64,000 nucleotides of DNA from an uncultured Flavobacteriaceae bacterium (lineage in GTDB: Bacteria; Bacteroidota; Bacteroidia; Flavobacteriales; Flavobacteriaceae), in assembly GCA_964655585.1 (NCBI GenBank), contig CAZZNK010000001.1:15199-79198 (forward strand). The letters are read 5' to 3'. The notes beneath the pieces are model-generated. The model searched no databases and was not told the origin of the DNA. It saw only the letters and a program-made list of their open reading frames with translations. The stretch's first letter is position 1, and each line of letters begins with the position of its first letter. This document shows positions 50,872 to 61,602 of the stretch, one piece after another. The position numbers and the translations under genes are program-made.

Positions 50872-51942
50872 TTATAGTGGAATGATTAATTTTACAACAT
50901 AGTTTTCTTTTTTTACTTTAGTTTCTAAGCTAAAGTTATCTTTGAATAAAAGTTCAAGTCTTCTTCTTACATTTGTGTTTCCAATACCATGTATTCTTAC
51001 ATTATTACTATATTGGTTATAGTTGTTAGATACTTTAAAGATTAATTTTTTTCCTTCTACATTTTTAAGATCAATAATAATTTTAAGGTTTGTATTATCT
51101 ATAGTACCATGCTTAAAGCAATTTTCTATAAAGGGTAAAAAAAGTAATGGAGGAACAAATACATTTTCAATATTTCCTTGTAAATTTATTTTTACTTGCA
51201 CTTTATCTCCATATCTCAATTTTTCTAAATCAATATAGTTTTGAATATATTTAATTTCATTTAACAATCTTATTTTAGAGTCTTTTACCCCATATAGTAC
51301 ATATTCCATCATTTCAGAAAGCTTTAAAACAACATCGGGTGCATTGTTAGATTTTTCTAAGGTTAAGGCATATAAATTATTTAAGGTGTTGAAAAAAAAA
51401 TGGGGTTGTATTTGAGCTTTTAAAAACTTAAGCTCAGTAATTAATTGAGCTTCTTGTAAGCTTTCAACTCTTTTTCTTACAGATACCCAATCTACAGTTA
51501 ACTTAATTAGCGTAGCCAAAGAGATGACATAAATTTCTCCTAAAACAACAGCAATTATGTAGTTAAAAGAATATGCTTGTTGGTTAGATGCTGCTTCTGG
51601 CCAAATGTTTTTTGTAACTAATAAATAATTTAAACTTATTCTTATCATATATAAAATTGCTAATGAAAGAAATAAAAATAAAATATATTGTTTATACTTT
51701 TTTGATAATATAAATTTAGGGATTAAATAATAGATATTAAAATAGACAATAAGTATGTGTAAAGGGAATTCTACAAGATTAGATTTAAAAGAATACCAAT
51801 AATCTTCAAAATAACTACCCCATCTAATTACGTTAAACGTAAAATAACAAAACCAAAACAGAAAATGATACTTTAAAGGGATGTTGTTTTTTTCAGGAGT
51901 AAATGCCATAAATTTTTGACTTATTGTTTTAAACAGTTGCAA
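50872..51942 (-). CDS. LytS-type sensor histidine kinase
   Basis: LKAQIQPHFFFNTLN, ENCFKHG, GIG..NV.RRL; start may be the ATG at 51909. Confidence 0.94.
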   Translation of the reverse strand: MQLFKTISQKFMAFTPEKNNIPLKYHFLFWFCYFTFNVIRWGSYFEDYWYSFKSNLVEFPLHILIVYFNIYYLIPKFILSKKYKQYILFLFLSLAILYMIRISLNYLLVTKNIWPEAASNQQAYSFNYIIAVVLGEIYVISLATLIKLTVDWVSVRKRVESLQEAQLITELKFLKAQIQPHFFFNTLNNLYALTLEKSNNAPDVVLKLSEMMEYVLYGVKDSKIRLLNEIKYIQNYIDLEKLRYGDKVQVKINLQGNIENVFVPPLLFLPFIENCFKHGTIDNTNLKIIIDLKNVEGKKLIFKVSNNYNQYSNNVRIHGIGNTNVRRRLELLFKDNFSLETKVKKENYVVKLIIPL

Positions 51943-51994
51943 TTTAGGATGTTTTTTTTTATCAAAATAAAAAAATACTCTAAAACAGTAAATA

Positions 51995-52067
51995 ATGTTG
52001 TTAGTTGTTATTTTTATGTTGTTTGTATATATTATTTTTCAAATCTTTAACACTTTTTTAACTTCAC
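51995..52067 (+). promoter_or_regulatory. Putative LytTR operator plus promoter of susC
   Basis: ATGTTGTTAGT (51995) and ATGTTGTTTGT (52016), 21-bp period; 32 nt later TAACTTCAC. Confidence 0.6.
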
Positions 52068-52093
52068 CGAAACATAATTATAACAATTTACTT

Positions 52094-55000
52094 ATGAGAA
52101 AAACTAAAATACTTTTAGTTACCGCTTTTTTGTTTTTGCTTTCGAACATGGTTTTTGGGCAAAATAAAAATATTACTGGTAAAGTAACTTCGAAATCTGA
52201 TGGAGATATATTGCCAGGAGTTAGTGTAACTATTAAAGGATCTACTCGAGGAGTAGAGACTGATTTTGATGGAAATTATTCTATTAAAGCATCTGTAGGG
52301 GATTTATTAAGCTTCTCTTACTTAGGAATGAAAACTAAAATGGTTACAGTAGGTAATACTTCTGTAATTGACGTTATTCTAGAAGATGACGCATCTCAGC
52401 TAGATGAAATTATAGTAACAGCTTTAGGGATTAAAAAAACCAGAAAATCTTTAACGTATGCTGCACAAGACATTAAAGCAGATGAGTTAAATAGAGTAAA
52501 ACAAACAAATCCTCTTAATAGTTTATCTGGTAAAGTTGCAGGTGTTACTATCTCTAAAAGTGCTTCTGGAGCAGGTGGTTCTGTAAAAGTAGTATTAAGA
52601 GGTAATAGTTCTATTGGTAACAATCAACCATTGTATGTGGTAGACGGAATACCTTTATCTAATTCTGGATCTGGACAGCCATCTAGTACTTTTGGAAGTA
52701 TTAATGGGGGAAATAGAGACGGTGGTGATGCTTTATCTATGATTAATCCAGACGATATAGAATCTTTAACAGTACTTAAAGGAGCTTCTGCTTCTGCATT
52801 ATATGGTAGTGCAGGTTTAAATGGTGTAATTTTGATTACTACCAAGAAAGGAAAGTCAGGAGAATTTAAAACAACTTTTTCTTCGAGTTTAACCGTAGAA
52901 AAAGCAGCATATATGATGGATCTTAATCCTGAAGCTCAAAGTAATGTTGATGCGTTTTTAGGTTCAGGATCTACTGTGATTAATTCTTTTTCAGTATCTG
53001 GAGGTACAGACAAAGCGCAAACCTATTTTTCTTATAGCAATACAAATGCTTCGGGTGTTTTGCCAACCAATACTATGAAACAACATACGTTTAATATTAG
53101 AGAAACGATGAATATGTTTGAAGGGAAACTAAAGGTAAACGCAAGTGTAAAAGCTTCTTTGCAGAATATTCATAATAGAGCAATTTCTGGTTTATACTTT
53201 AATCCTTTAGTTGGGGTGTATGGATTTGAGTCTGTTGGAGAAAAATTATCTGACTATGCCAAATATGAAGAATATGATGCAGGTAGAAATATTATGAAAC
53301 AACGCTGGTTTAGAGGAACTTCTGATATTGAACAGAATCCTTATTGGGTTATGAACCGTAATGCAAGTGATGATTCTAATAAAAAAATGATAGCATCATT
53401 AAACTTAAATTATACAGTAAACGACTGGTTGTCTTTACAAGCAAGAGGAACGTATGATAAGTCTTTGTTAAATTACGAAAGAAAAGTTTATGCAACAACA
53501 GAAGCTACCTTAGCACCTTCTACTGGTAGATATATGACAACAAATAATGATTTTACTCAATATTATGCAGATTTTATGGCTAATATTAATACTAAAATCA
53601 ATGAAAATCTTACAGTAACAGGTCTTGTAGGTATTAGCACAACACGTTCTACAACAGAATATTTTAGAGCAGATTCTGGTACCAATGGAGGATTACAATT
53701 TGCAAATGTATTTTCTTATCAAAATTTTAATGCAAATCCTTCTGTAGCGTTTACACAAAATTCTTTTGAAACAAGAGGGCAATCTATTTACGCAAGTGCA
53801 ACATTTGGTTATAAAGACCAATTGTATGTAGATGTAACAGCAAGAAATGACTGGACTTCTACTTTGCCAAAAGGAAATAATTCGTTCTTTTACCCATCAA
53901 TTGGAGTAACAAGTATTTTAGACAAAACGTTTGATTTAGGAGAGAATGTTTCTTTTGCAAAAATAAGAGCTTCGTATGCAGAAGTAGGTAGTGGTTTTGC
54001 TGTTGATGCAATAGCACCTAATAGATCTATTCTTTTTGGAGGAGGAATCAATCCAACAAGTCCAATTAGACCATATGCAGGAACAACACCAAAACCTCAA
54101 AGACAAAAATCTTTTGAGATTGGTACAGAATGGAAATTTAATAATAATAAATATGGAATTGATGTAGGTTATTATAGAACCAATACAATTAATCAATATT
54201 TTGCTGTACCAATTTCAGACACTGGAGATGGAGTAACAGTTGCAGGTATTAATTCTGGAGATATTTTAAATAAAGGTATTGAAGTTTCGGCGTATGCAAT
54301 TCCTATTCAAAATGATAATTTTAAGTGGACAACAACTGTTAATTATGCGAAAAACACGAACACTATTGAAAAACTTTTAGACACTAATTTACCAGGTATT
54401 GGAAATTTAGACCACTTTGTAGTTTCTCCCAAAGGAGTAAATACTTTTGGATCATATTTAGTAGAAGGAGGTTCTTTTGGAGATATTTACGCTCAAGTTG
54501 TTAAAAAAGACGCAAACGGAACGCCAATTTATGACAATGGATCTTTAGTAATGGAAGATAGTAACCTTGTAGATGGATTAACAAAAGTAGGAAACGCAAA
54601 CCCAGATTTTACTTTGGGTTGGAGTAACTCTTTCGAATATAAAAATATTACGTTAGATTTCTTAATTGATGGTAAATTTGGAGGACAAACTGTAAGTATG
54701 ACAGAAGCAATTGTAGAAGGATTTAGTAATAACTCTGCAAGAGAAACTGCTAATAAGCCAGTTAATGTTGTAAATTTAGCAGGTGTAGCATCTACATTGC
54801 CAGCACAACAATACTATGGTATGGTAGGTGGTAGAAATAGTTTTACTGGAGAGTATGTGTATAGTGCTACCAATATAAGATTGGCAGAATTAGCAATTGG
54901 TTATAGATTTAATCTGTCAGAAAATTCTTTCTTTAGTGGTGTAAAAGCTTCTTTAGTGGGTAGTAATCTTTTCTTTTTCTATAAAAAAGCACCACATGAT

Positions 55001-55102
55001 CCTAATGTATCTTTAAGTACTGGTAATGCGTTACAAGGAGTTGATGTTTTAGGATTGCCTTCTTCAAGAAGCATGGGACTTAATATTAACTTATCATTCT
55101 AA
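52094..55102 (+). CDS. susC: SusC/RagA TonB-dependent transporter
   Basis: QPLYVVDG, INPDDIES.TVLKGASASALYGS..NGVILITTK, C-terminal F; start moved to MRKTK. Confidence 0.96.
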   Translation: MRKTKILLVTAFLFLLSNMVFGQNKNITGKVTSKSDGDILPGVSVTIKGSTRGVETDFDGNYSIKASVGDLLSFSYLGMKTKMVTVGNTSVIDVILEDDASQLDEIIVTALGIKKTRKSLTYAAQDIKADELNRVKQTNPLNSLSGKVAGVTISKSASGAGGSVKVVLRGNSSIGNNQPLYVVDGIPLSNSGSGQPSSTFGSINGGNRDGGDALSMINPDDIESLTVLKGASASALYGSAGLNGVILITTKKGKSGEFKTTFSSSLTVEKAAYMMDLNPEAQSNVDAFLGSGSTVINSFSVSGGTDKAQTYFSYSNTNASGVLPTNTMKQHTFNIRETMNMFEGKLKVNASVKASLQNIHNRAISGLYFNPLVGVYGFESVGEKLSDYAKYEEYDAGRNIMKQRWFRGTSDIEQNPYWVMNRNASDDSNKKMIASLNLNYTVNDWLSLQARGTYDKSLLNYERKVYATTEATLAPSTGRYMTTNNDFTQYYADFMANINTKINENLTVTGLVGISTTRSTTEYFRADSGTNGGLQFANVFSYQNFNANPSVAFTQNSFETRGQSIYASATFGYKDQLYVDVTARNDWTSTLPKGNNSFFYPSIGVTSILDKTFDLGENVSFAKIRASYAEVGSGFAVDAIAPNRSILFGGGINPTSPIRPYAGTTPKPQRQKSFEIGTEWKFNNNKYGIDVGYYRTNTINQYFAVPISDTGDGVTVAGINSGDILNKGIEVSAYAIPIQNDNFKWTTTVNYAKNTNTIEKLLDTNLPGIGNLDHFVVSPKGVNTFGSYLVEGGSFGDIYAQVVKKDANGTPIYDNGSLVMEDSNLVDGLTKVGNANPDFTLGWSNSFEYKNITLDFLIDGKFGGQTVSMTEAIVEGFSNNSARETANKPVNVVNLAGVASTLPAQQYYGMVGGRNSFTGEYVYSATNIRLAELAIGYRFNLSENSFFSGVKASLVGSNLFFFYKKAPHDPNVSLSTGNALQGVDVLGLPSSRSMGLNINLSF

Positions 55103-55113
55103 AAATTAAAAAC

Positions 55114-56703
55114 ATGAAAAAAATAAATAAATTTATAGCATGTTTAGCTATGTTAGTGTTAATTTTTACTTCTTGTGAAGCTGATTTAGATCAATACAAT
55201 CACAATGACAGAAATATTACACAAGATCAGTTAGAAGTAGATTTTCAACATGTAGGCTCTAAATATAAACCTATTTTTGAGAGTATTTATCAATACTCTC
55301 CAGCTTGGTCATACCAATTACAACAAAACTTAAATGCAGATGTATATTCTGGATATATGACCAACCCTAGACCTTTTGTAGCAGGAGCAAATAATACCAC
55401 CTATGCTTTAGTGGCAGGATGGAATAATTTTATTTGGTCTGTACCATACGGTAATGTAATGAACAATGTAAAATCTATTGTAGACAATACAAAAGATGAT
55501 TATCCTACATTATATGCAGTTTCTTTAATCTTAAAAGTAGAAGCAATGCATAGAGTGTCTGATGTTTTTGGGCCAATTGTATATACAAATTTTGGAGATA
55601 CAGGAGATAATAAAGGGAAATACGATTCTCAACAGGAAGCATATAATGCATTTTTTGCAGATTTAGATACAGCGGTTGCAGCTCTTACTGCAGATATAAA
55701 TAGTCAACGATTTGCTGCGTTTGATATGTCTTATGGAGGAGATTATCATAAATGGGTAAAATTAGCAAACTCTTTACGTTTGCGTATGGCTATTAGAATT
55801 TCTATGGCAGATCCTGCAAAAGCAAAAACCGAAGGTGAAAAAGCTTTATCACAAGCAGAAGGATTAATAACTGATAATGGAGATGGATTCTTTGTAAACG
55901 GAACATTGGCTCATCCGTTATCTGTAATAGATAATTCTTGGGGAGATATTAGAATGAATGCTTCTATGGAGTCTATTTTATCGGGTTATGGTGATGATAG
56001 AATGGCAGCTTATTTTAATCCTTCAGATGCAAACGGAGGAGCTTATAAAGGTGTTCGTAACGGATTGCCATTGTTGCCTGGTTATTCAGATGAATTGGCA
56101 CAAAAAGCTGCTTATGTTGGCTTTTCTAACATGAATGATGGTGTTAAAACATCTAAAGTTCAGTTAATGACTGCTGCAGAGGTATATTTTTTACAAGCAG
56201 AAGCTGCTTTAAGAGGTTGGACAGGAGCAGGAAATGCACAGGCTCATTATGAAATGGGTATAACTACTTCTTTTGGTCAACATGGTGTTGGCGGAGCAGC
56301 TGCATATGTTGCAGACAATACATCTGTACCTGCAAACTATGTAGATCCAGTAAATGCATCTAATAGTATCAATGCAATGAGTACTATTACAGTTGCTTGG
56401 GACAATGCAGCAACCAATGAGCAAAAATTAGAAAGAATTATTACTCAAAAATGGATTGCTATGTTCCCAGAAGGACAAGAAGCTTGGAGTGAATACAGAC
56501 GTACAGGATATCCTAAAATTTTCCCAGTGGTTAGTAACCAAAGTGGAGGTACTATAGATACCAATCTTCAAATTAGAAGAATACCATTTGTAACTAGTGA
56601 GCATTCTACAAATGAATCTAACGTTGTTAATGCTGTTACCTTGTTAGGAGGAGCAGATAACGGAGGTACACGCTTATGGTGGGATACCGGAAGTAATTTT
56701 TAA
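55114..56703 (+). CDS. susD: SusD/RagB lipoprotein
   Basis: Lipobox FTSC, ANSLRLR, AEVYFL.AE, IITQKWIA, EAW..YRRTGYP. Confidence 0.95.
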   Translation: MKKINKFIACLAMLVLIFTSCEADLDQYNHNDRNITQDQLEVDFQHVGSKYKPIFESIYQYSPAWSYQLQQNLNADVYSGYMTNPRPFVAGANNTTYALVAGWNNFIWSVPYGNVMNNVKSIVDNTKDDYPTLYAVSLILKVEAMHRVSDVFGPIVYTNFGDTGDNKGKYDSQQEAYNAFFADLDTAVAALTADINSQRFAAFDMSYGGDYHKWVKLANSLRLRMAIRISMADPAKAKTEGEKALSQAEGLITDNGDGFFVNGTLAHPLSVIDNSWGDIRMNASMESILSGYGDDRMAAYFNPSDANGGAYKGVRNGLPLLPGYSDELAQKAAYVGFSNMNDGVKTSKVQLMTAAEVYFLQAEAALRGWTGAGNAQAHYEMGITTSFGQHGVGGAAAYVADNTSVPANYVDPVNASNSINAMSTITVAWDNAATNEQKLERIITQKWIAMFPEGQEAWSEYRRTGYPKIFPVVSNQSGGTIDTNLQIRRIPFVTSEHSTNESNVVNAVTLLGGADNGGTRLWWDTGSNF

Positions 56704-56737
56704 ATTTTCATATCAATGTAATTTGAGTTAATTAGTT

Positions 56738-56773
56738 CAAGCGAGAATAATATTTTATTCTCGCTTGTTCTTT
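56738..56773 (+). terminator. Hairpin after susD
   Basis: CAAGCGAGAATAA/TTATTCTCGCTTG then TTCTTT. Confidence 0.7.
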
Positions 56774-56856
56774 ATAGGCAAGACAATGTCTTTTATCGAA
56801 AATATATGTTACACAATATTCTCTTCCATATATTTACTTTATAAATCAATCATCTA

Positions 56857-58791
56857 ATGAAAAAAACAGTAGCGCCTAATAAATTTCAGAAAATAATATT
56901 CAAGCCAGCAGGTCAATTTGAAGAAACTCGTTTTGAGAAAATCCATAATATTGTATTTAAAAATTCAAATACTGCATCTATTGCCGTAGCTTATGAAATT
57001 GCAACCTTAATTAGAGAAAAATCAAAAAACAACACGCATTGTGTTTTAGGATTAGCAACAGGCTCATCACCTATAAAAGTATATGAAGAATTAGTTAGGC
57101 TACACCAAGAAGAAGGCTTGAGTTTTTCTAATGTTATTACTTTTAATTTAGATGAATACTACCCAATGCAACCTACTGATTTGCAAAGTTACCATCATTT
57201 TATGCATGAACATTTGTTTAATCATATAGATATATTACCCGAAAATATTCATATACCAGATGGTACTATTAAAAATGATGAGATTTACCAATATTGTATT
57301 GATTATGATTTAAAAATTAAAGCTGTTGGAGGTTTAGATTTTCAACTTTTAGGAATAGGAAGAACAGGGCATGTAGGCTTTAATGAACCTGGTTCTCACC
57401 TTAATTCTGGTACACGAAGTATTACCTTAAATCATATTACAAGAGAAGATGCTGCTCCTGCTTTTTTAGGAATAAAAAATGTTCCAAGAAAAGCTATAAC
57501 AATGGGAATTAGCACTATTAATAATGCAAAAAGAGTTGTTTTATTAGCTTGGGGAATTAACAAAGCTAAAATTATAAAAGAAACTATTGAAGGTAAGGTT
57601 TCTTCTCAAATACCAGCAACATACTTACAAAGCCATAAAAACACTTCTTTTATTTTAGATCAAGATGCATCATCAGCATTAACAAGAATAGAAACACCTT
57701 GGTTAGTTTCCTCTTGTGTATGGACAGAAGAATTAAAAAAGAAAGCAATATTTTGGTTAAGTAAAAAACAACAAAAATCTATCTTAAAATTAACAGATAA
57801 AGATTATAATGACAATGGTATGTCAGGTTTATTAGCAGAAGAAGGAAATGCGTATAAATTAAATATAAAAATGTTTAATGCACTACAGCATACTATTACG
57901 GGTTGGCCAGGAGGAAAACCTAATGCAGATGATAGTAATAGACCAGAACGAACAATGCCTGCAAAAAAACGTGTCATTATTTTTAGTCCGCATCCAGATG
58001 ATGATGTAATCTCTATGGGAGGAACCTTTGATAGATTGGTAGAGCAAGGGCACGAAGTGCATATTGCATATCAAACCTCTGGGAATATTGCGGTTTCTGA
58101 TGAAGAAGCATTAAAATTTGCAGAAGTAACAAAGTTATTAGATACAACATATAGTTTGTCAGATACTATTATTGATACATTAAAAAGCAAGCAGCCAAAC
58201 GCAAAAGATATTCCAGAAACTAGAAAGTTAAAAGGAATGATACGAAGAGCAGAATCAATTGCAGCAACGCGTTTTATTGGTGTTCCTGATAAAAACGTAC
58301 ACTTTTTAGATTTACCTTTTTACGAAACAGGGATGGTAAAAAAGAACAAACTATCTAAGAATGATGTTGATATTGTGATAGATTTAATAGAAAAAATAAA
58401 ACCACATCAAATATATGCAGCAGGAGATTTGGCAGACCCACATGGTACACATAAAGTTTGTTTAGATGCTATTTTTGAGGCATTGGCAATTTTAAAAGTA
58501 AAACCATATATGAAAAATTGTTGGGTTTGGTTGTACAGAGGAGCTTGGTTTGAATGGGAGTCACATGAAATTGAAATGGCTGTACCTATGAGTCCAGATC
58601 AAGTATTAAAAAAGAGATTGGCAATTTTTTATCATCAATCTCAAAAAGACGGAGTGATGTTTCAAGGAGATGATGCAAGAGAATTTTGGGTAAGAGCTGA
58701 AGATAGAAATAGAGAAACGGCAGAAAAATATCATCAATTAGGAATGGCAGATTATGCTGCAATGGAAGCTTTTAAACGTTATTATTTTTAA
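56857..58791 (+). CDS. nagB: Glucosamine-6-phosphate deaminase fused to PIG-L/LmbE deacetylase-like domain
   Basis: LGLATGSSP, FNLDEY, GIGRTGHVGFNEPG; C-terminal SPHPDDD and DPHGTH. Confidence 0.93.
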   Translation: MKKTVAPNKFQKIIFKPAGQFEETRFEKIHNIVFKNSNTASIAVAYEIATLIREKSKNNTHCVLGLATGSSPIKVYEELVRLHQEEGLSFSNVITFNLDEYYPMQPTDLQSYHHFMHEHLFNHIDILPENIHIPDGTIKNDEIYQYCIDYDLKIKAVGGLDFQLLGIGRTGHVGFNEPGSHLNSGTRSITLNHITREDAAPAFLGIKNVPRKAITMGISTINNAKRVVLLAWGINKAKIIKETIEGKVSSQIPATYLQSHKNTSFILDQDASSALTRIETPWLVSSCVWTEELKKKAIFWLSKKQQKSILKLTDKDYNDNGMSGLLAEEGNAYKLNIKMFNALQHTITGWPGGKPNADDSNRPERTMPAKKRVIIFSPHPDDDVISMGGTFDRLVEQGHEVHIAYQTSGNIAVSDEEALKFAEVTKLLDTTYSLSDTIIDTLKSKQPNAKDIPETRKLKGMIRRAESIAATRFIGVPDKNVHFLDLPFYETGMVKKNKLSKNDVDIVIDLIEKIKPHQIYAAGDLADPHGTHKVCLDAIFEALAILKVKPYMKNCWVWLYRGAWFEWESHEIEMAVPMSPDQVLKKRLAIFYHQSQKDGVMFQGDDAREFWVRAEDRNRETAEKYHQLGMADYAAMEAFKRYYF

Positions 58792-58811
58792 ATAAATTTT
58801 AAAAAAAGGAT

Positions 58812-60677
58812 ATGAAAATCAATTTTTTTATTTTATTAGTAGCCCTGTTTTTAAACACAAAAAATGTTTATTCACAACATAATATTATTCCTATTCCCGT
58901 AAGTTATAAAGCTTCGGATGCTTCTTTTACCTTTCAAAATAAAATTTTTATTAACTGTAAAGTTAAAAATAAGCAAGCAAAAAAATACATTACTCAATTC
59001 AGTGAATTTTTATCCCAAAAAGGGATAATAGTTGTTAAAAAGCAGAAAAAACAAAATGCAATACATATTTTTTTGCATAAAAAATTAAAAAAAGAACTAG
59101 GAAACGAAGGGTACTCTTTACAAGTAGAGGATAATAGAATAACACTTTCTGCAAATAAATCTGCAGGAATTTTTAACGGAATTCAAACATTAAAACAATT
59201 ATTCTTTTTTGCTAAGAATAAAAAAATAGCAGGATGCAGTATCATAGATTACCCTCGTTTTGAATGGAGAGGACTGATGTTAGATGTAAGTAGACATTTT
59301 TTTACTGTTAATGAAGTGAAAGATTATATCAATAAAATGGCAGCGTATAAATTTAATGTTTTACACTGGCATTTAACAGACGATGAAGGTTGGAGGATTG
59401 AAATAAAGTCACTACCTAAACTTACCGAAATTGGAGCGTGGAGAGTAGAAAGATTTGGGAAATTTGGTAAAAATAGAGTAGCTCCAAAACCTGATGAAAA
59501 AGCTACTTATGGAGGGTTTTATACACAAGAACAAGTCAAAGAGATTGTGCAATATGCGCAAGATAGAAATGTTACTATAGTTCCAGAAGTAGATGTTCCT
59601 GGGCACAATATGGCGGCATTAGCAGCGTATCCAGAACTTTCTGTAAATAAAGAACCAAAATACGTTTCGGTAGGTGGGAAATTTGCTGAATGGTTTGATG
59701 ATGGGACATTTAAAATGTTAATTGAAAACACGTTAAACCCAACAGACGAAAAAGTATATGAATTTATTGATAAAGTATTTACAGAAATAGCTCAATTATT
59801 TCCAGGTACTTATATTCATATGGGAGGCGATGAAGCATATCATGGGTATTGGGATAGAAGTAGTAAAGTGCAAGAGTTTATGAAAAAGAATGGTATCAAA
59901 AATACTCATAAACTGCAAAGTTATTTTGTAAAACGTGTTGAAAAAATTATCCGCAGTAAAGGTAAAAAAATGATAGGTTGGGATGAGGTTTTAGAAGGAG
60001 GCTTAACTGATGGAGCTGCAGTGATGAGTTGGAGAGGGATGAAAGGAGGTATCGCAGCTGCTAAAATGAAACATAAAGTAGTCATGTCGCCTACAACATA
60101 TGTCTATCTTGATTATATGCAAGGAGACCAAACAGTTGAAAATAAAATATATGCAAGCCTTAGTTTAGAAAAAACATACCAGTTTGAACCTGTTCCTAAA
60201 GGTGTAGATTCAAAGTATATTTTAGGAGGACAAGGTAATTTATGGACAGAAGCAATCCCTACACTTTCTTTTGCATATTATATGACATATCCTAGGGCTT
60301 TTGCAATAGCAGAGTCTGTTTGGAGCCCTAAAGAAAATAAAAATTGGGACAATTTCATAAAACGTACTAGAAAGCATTTTAAGAAATTTGATGCAGCTAA
60401 TATTAATATTTCTAAAGCAGTTTTAGATCCGATAGTACATGTGTATAAAAGTAAGGGTAAGTTAATGTGTAAATTAGAAAATTCCATTCCAAATTCTGAA
60501 ATTTATTACACAATAAATAATACATACCCTGTTCAATTTGGTAATAAGTATAACGCCCCTTTTGCAATACCTAAAGGTAATTTAAAGCTAAGAACCCAAA
60601 CCTTTGTAAACGGAAAAGGAATAGGAAGAGAATTAATTATAGCCAGAGAACTTCTTGAAAAAAGAGTTAAAAAATAG
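58812..60677 (+). CDS. Beta-N-acetylhexosaminidase GH20
   Basis: WRGLMLDVSRHFF, HWHLTDD.GWR, PEVDVPGH, HMGGDE, GNLWTE. Confidence 0.96.
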   Translation: MKINFFILLVALFLNTKNVYSQHNIIPIPVSYKASDASFTFQNKIFINCKVKNKQAKKYITQFSEFLSQKGIIVVKKQKKQNAIHIFLHKKLKKELGNEGYSLQVEDNRITLSANKSAGIFNGIQTLKQLFFFAKNKKIAGCSIIDYPRFEWRGLMLDVSRHFFTVNEVKDYINKMAAYKFNVLHWHLTDDEGWRIEIKSLPKLTEIGAWRVERFGKFGKNRVAPKPDEKATYGGFYTQEQVKEIVQYAQDRNVTIVPEVDVPGHNMAALAAYPELSVNKEPKYVSVGGKFAEWFDDGTFKMLIENTLNPTDEKVYEFIDKVFTEIAQLFPGTYIHMGGDEAYHGYWDRSSKVQEFMKKNGIKNTHKLQSYFVKRVEKIIRSKGKKMIGWDEVLEGGLTDGAAVMSWRGMKGGIAAAKMKHKVVMSPTTYVYLDYMQGDQTVENKIYASLSLEKTYQFEPVPKGVDSKYILGGQGNLWTEAIPTLSFAYYMTYPRAFAIAESVWSPKENKNWDNFIKRTRKHFKKFDAANINISKAVLDPIVHVYKSKGKLMCKLENSIPNSEIYYTINNTYPVQFGNKYNAPFAIPKGNLKLRTQTFVNGKGIGRELIIARELLEKRVKK

Positions 60678-60724
60678 TTTCTAAAAACAGATATCAAAAA
60701 GTCTAATTTCTAAAATAATATCTT

Positions 60725-61576
60725 ATGATATTAAAAAAAATAGTATTTCTATTTACAATCAGTATTGTTTTATTTTCTTGTAAAACGGCTGATACAAAAA
60801 GCAGAGACTTTACAGAAGAAAATAGATTTACCGCAGGAATTGAAGGACCTGCAGTAGATAGTAAAGGGAATTTATATGCTGTAAATTTTAAAGAAGAAGG
60901 TACTATTGGTATCGTAAATAATAAAGGAGAAGCTTCTTTGTATACCATTTTGCCAAAAGGGAGTATCGGCAACGGAATTAGGTTTGATAAAGAAGATAAT
61001 ATGTATATCGCAGATTATACAAAACACACTATTTTATTTATTAAAAACGGAACGAAAGAAGCTGTTGTTTTTGCACATAACAATACTTTAAATCAACCCA
61101 ATGATATCGCAATTTCATCAAAAGGTATATTGTATGCTAGCGACCCAAATTGGAAAGAAGAAACAGGTAATTTATGGATGATAAAAAATAAAAAATTTGT
61201 TTTGTTAGAAAAAAATATGGGCACAACAAACGGTATAGAAGTGAGTACTAATGGCAAAAAATTGTATGTAAACGAGTCTGTACAACGTACTGTTTGGGTA
61301 TATGATATTTTAGAAGATGGCACACTTAATAATAAAAAAATATTCATAAAATTCAAAGATTTTGGATTAGACGGTATGCGTTGCGATGATGATGGTAATT
61401 TGTTTATCACAAGATATGGCAAAGGTAGTGTAGTAGTGGTGTCACCAAAAGGAATTGTCATTAGAGAAATAACCCTAATAGGTAAAAAACCATCAAACAT
61501 CACTTTTAGTAACAATAAAAAACAATGTTTTGTTACCTTAGCAGATAGAGGTTGTATAGAAACTTTCTACAATTAA
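60725..61576 (+). CDS. SMP-30/gluconolactonase family lipoprotein
   Basis: Lipobox LFSC; EGP, PND, NGI, DGM.CD..GNL. Confidence 0.9.
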   Translation: MILKKIVFLFTISIVLFSCKTADTKSRDFTEENRFTAGIEGPAVDSKGNLYAVNFKEEGTIGIVNNKGEASLYTILPKGSIGNGIRFDKEDNMYIADYTKHTILFIKNGTKEAVVFAHNNTLNQPNDIAISSKGILYASDPNWKEETGNLWMIKNKKFVLLEKNMGTTNGIEVSTNGKKLYVNESVQRTVWVYDILEDGTLNNKKIFIKFKDFGLDGMRCDDDGNLFITRYGKGSVVVVSPKGIVIREITLIGKKPSNITFSNNKKQCFVTLADRGCIETFYN

Positions 61577-61602
61577 AATTACACAAAATAAATTACTTTA
61601 AA

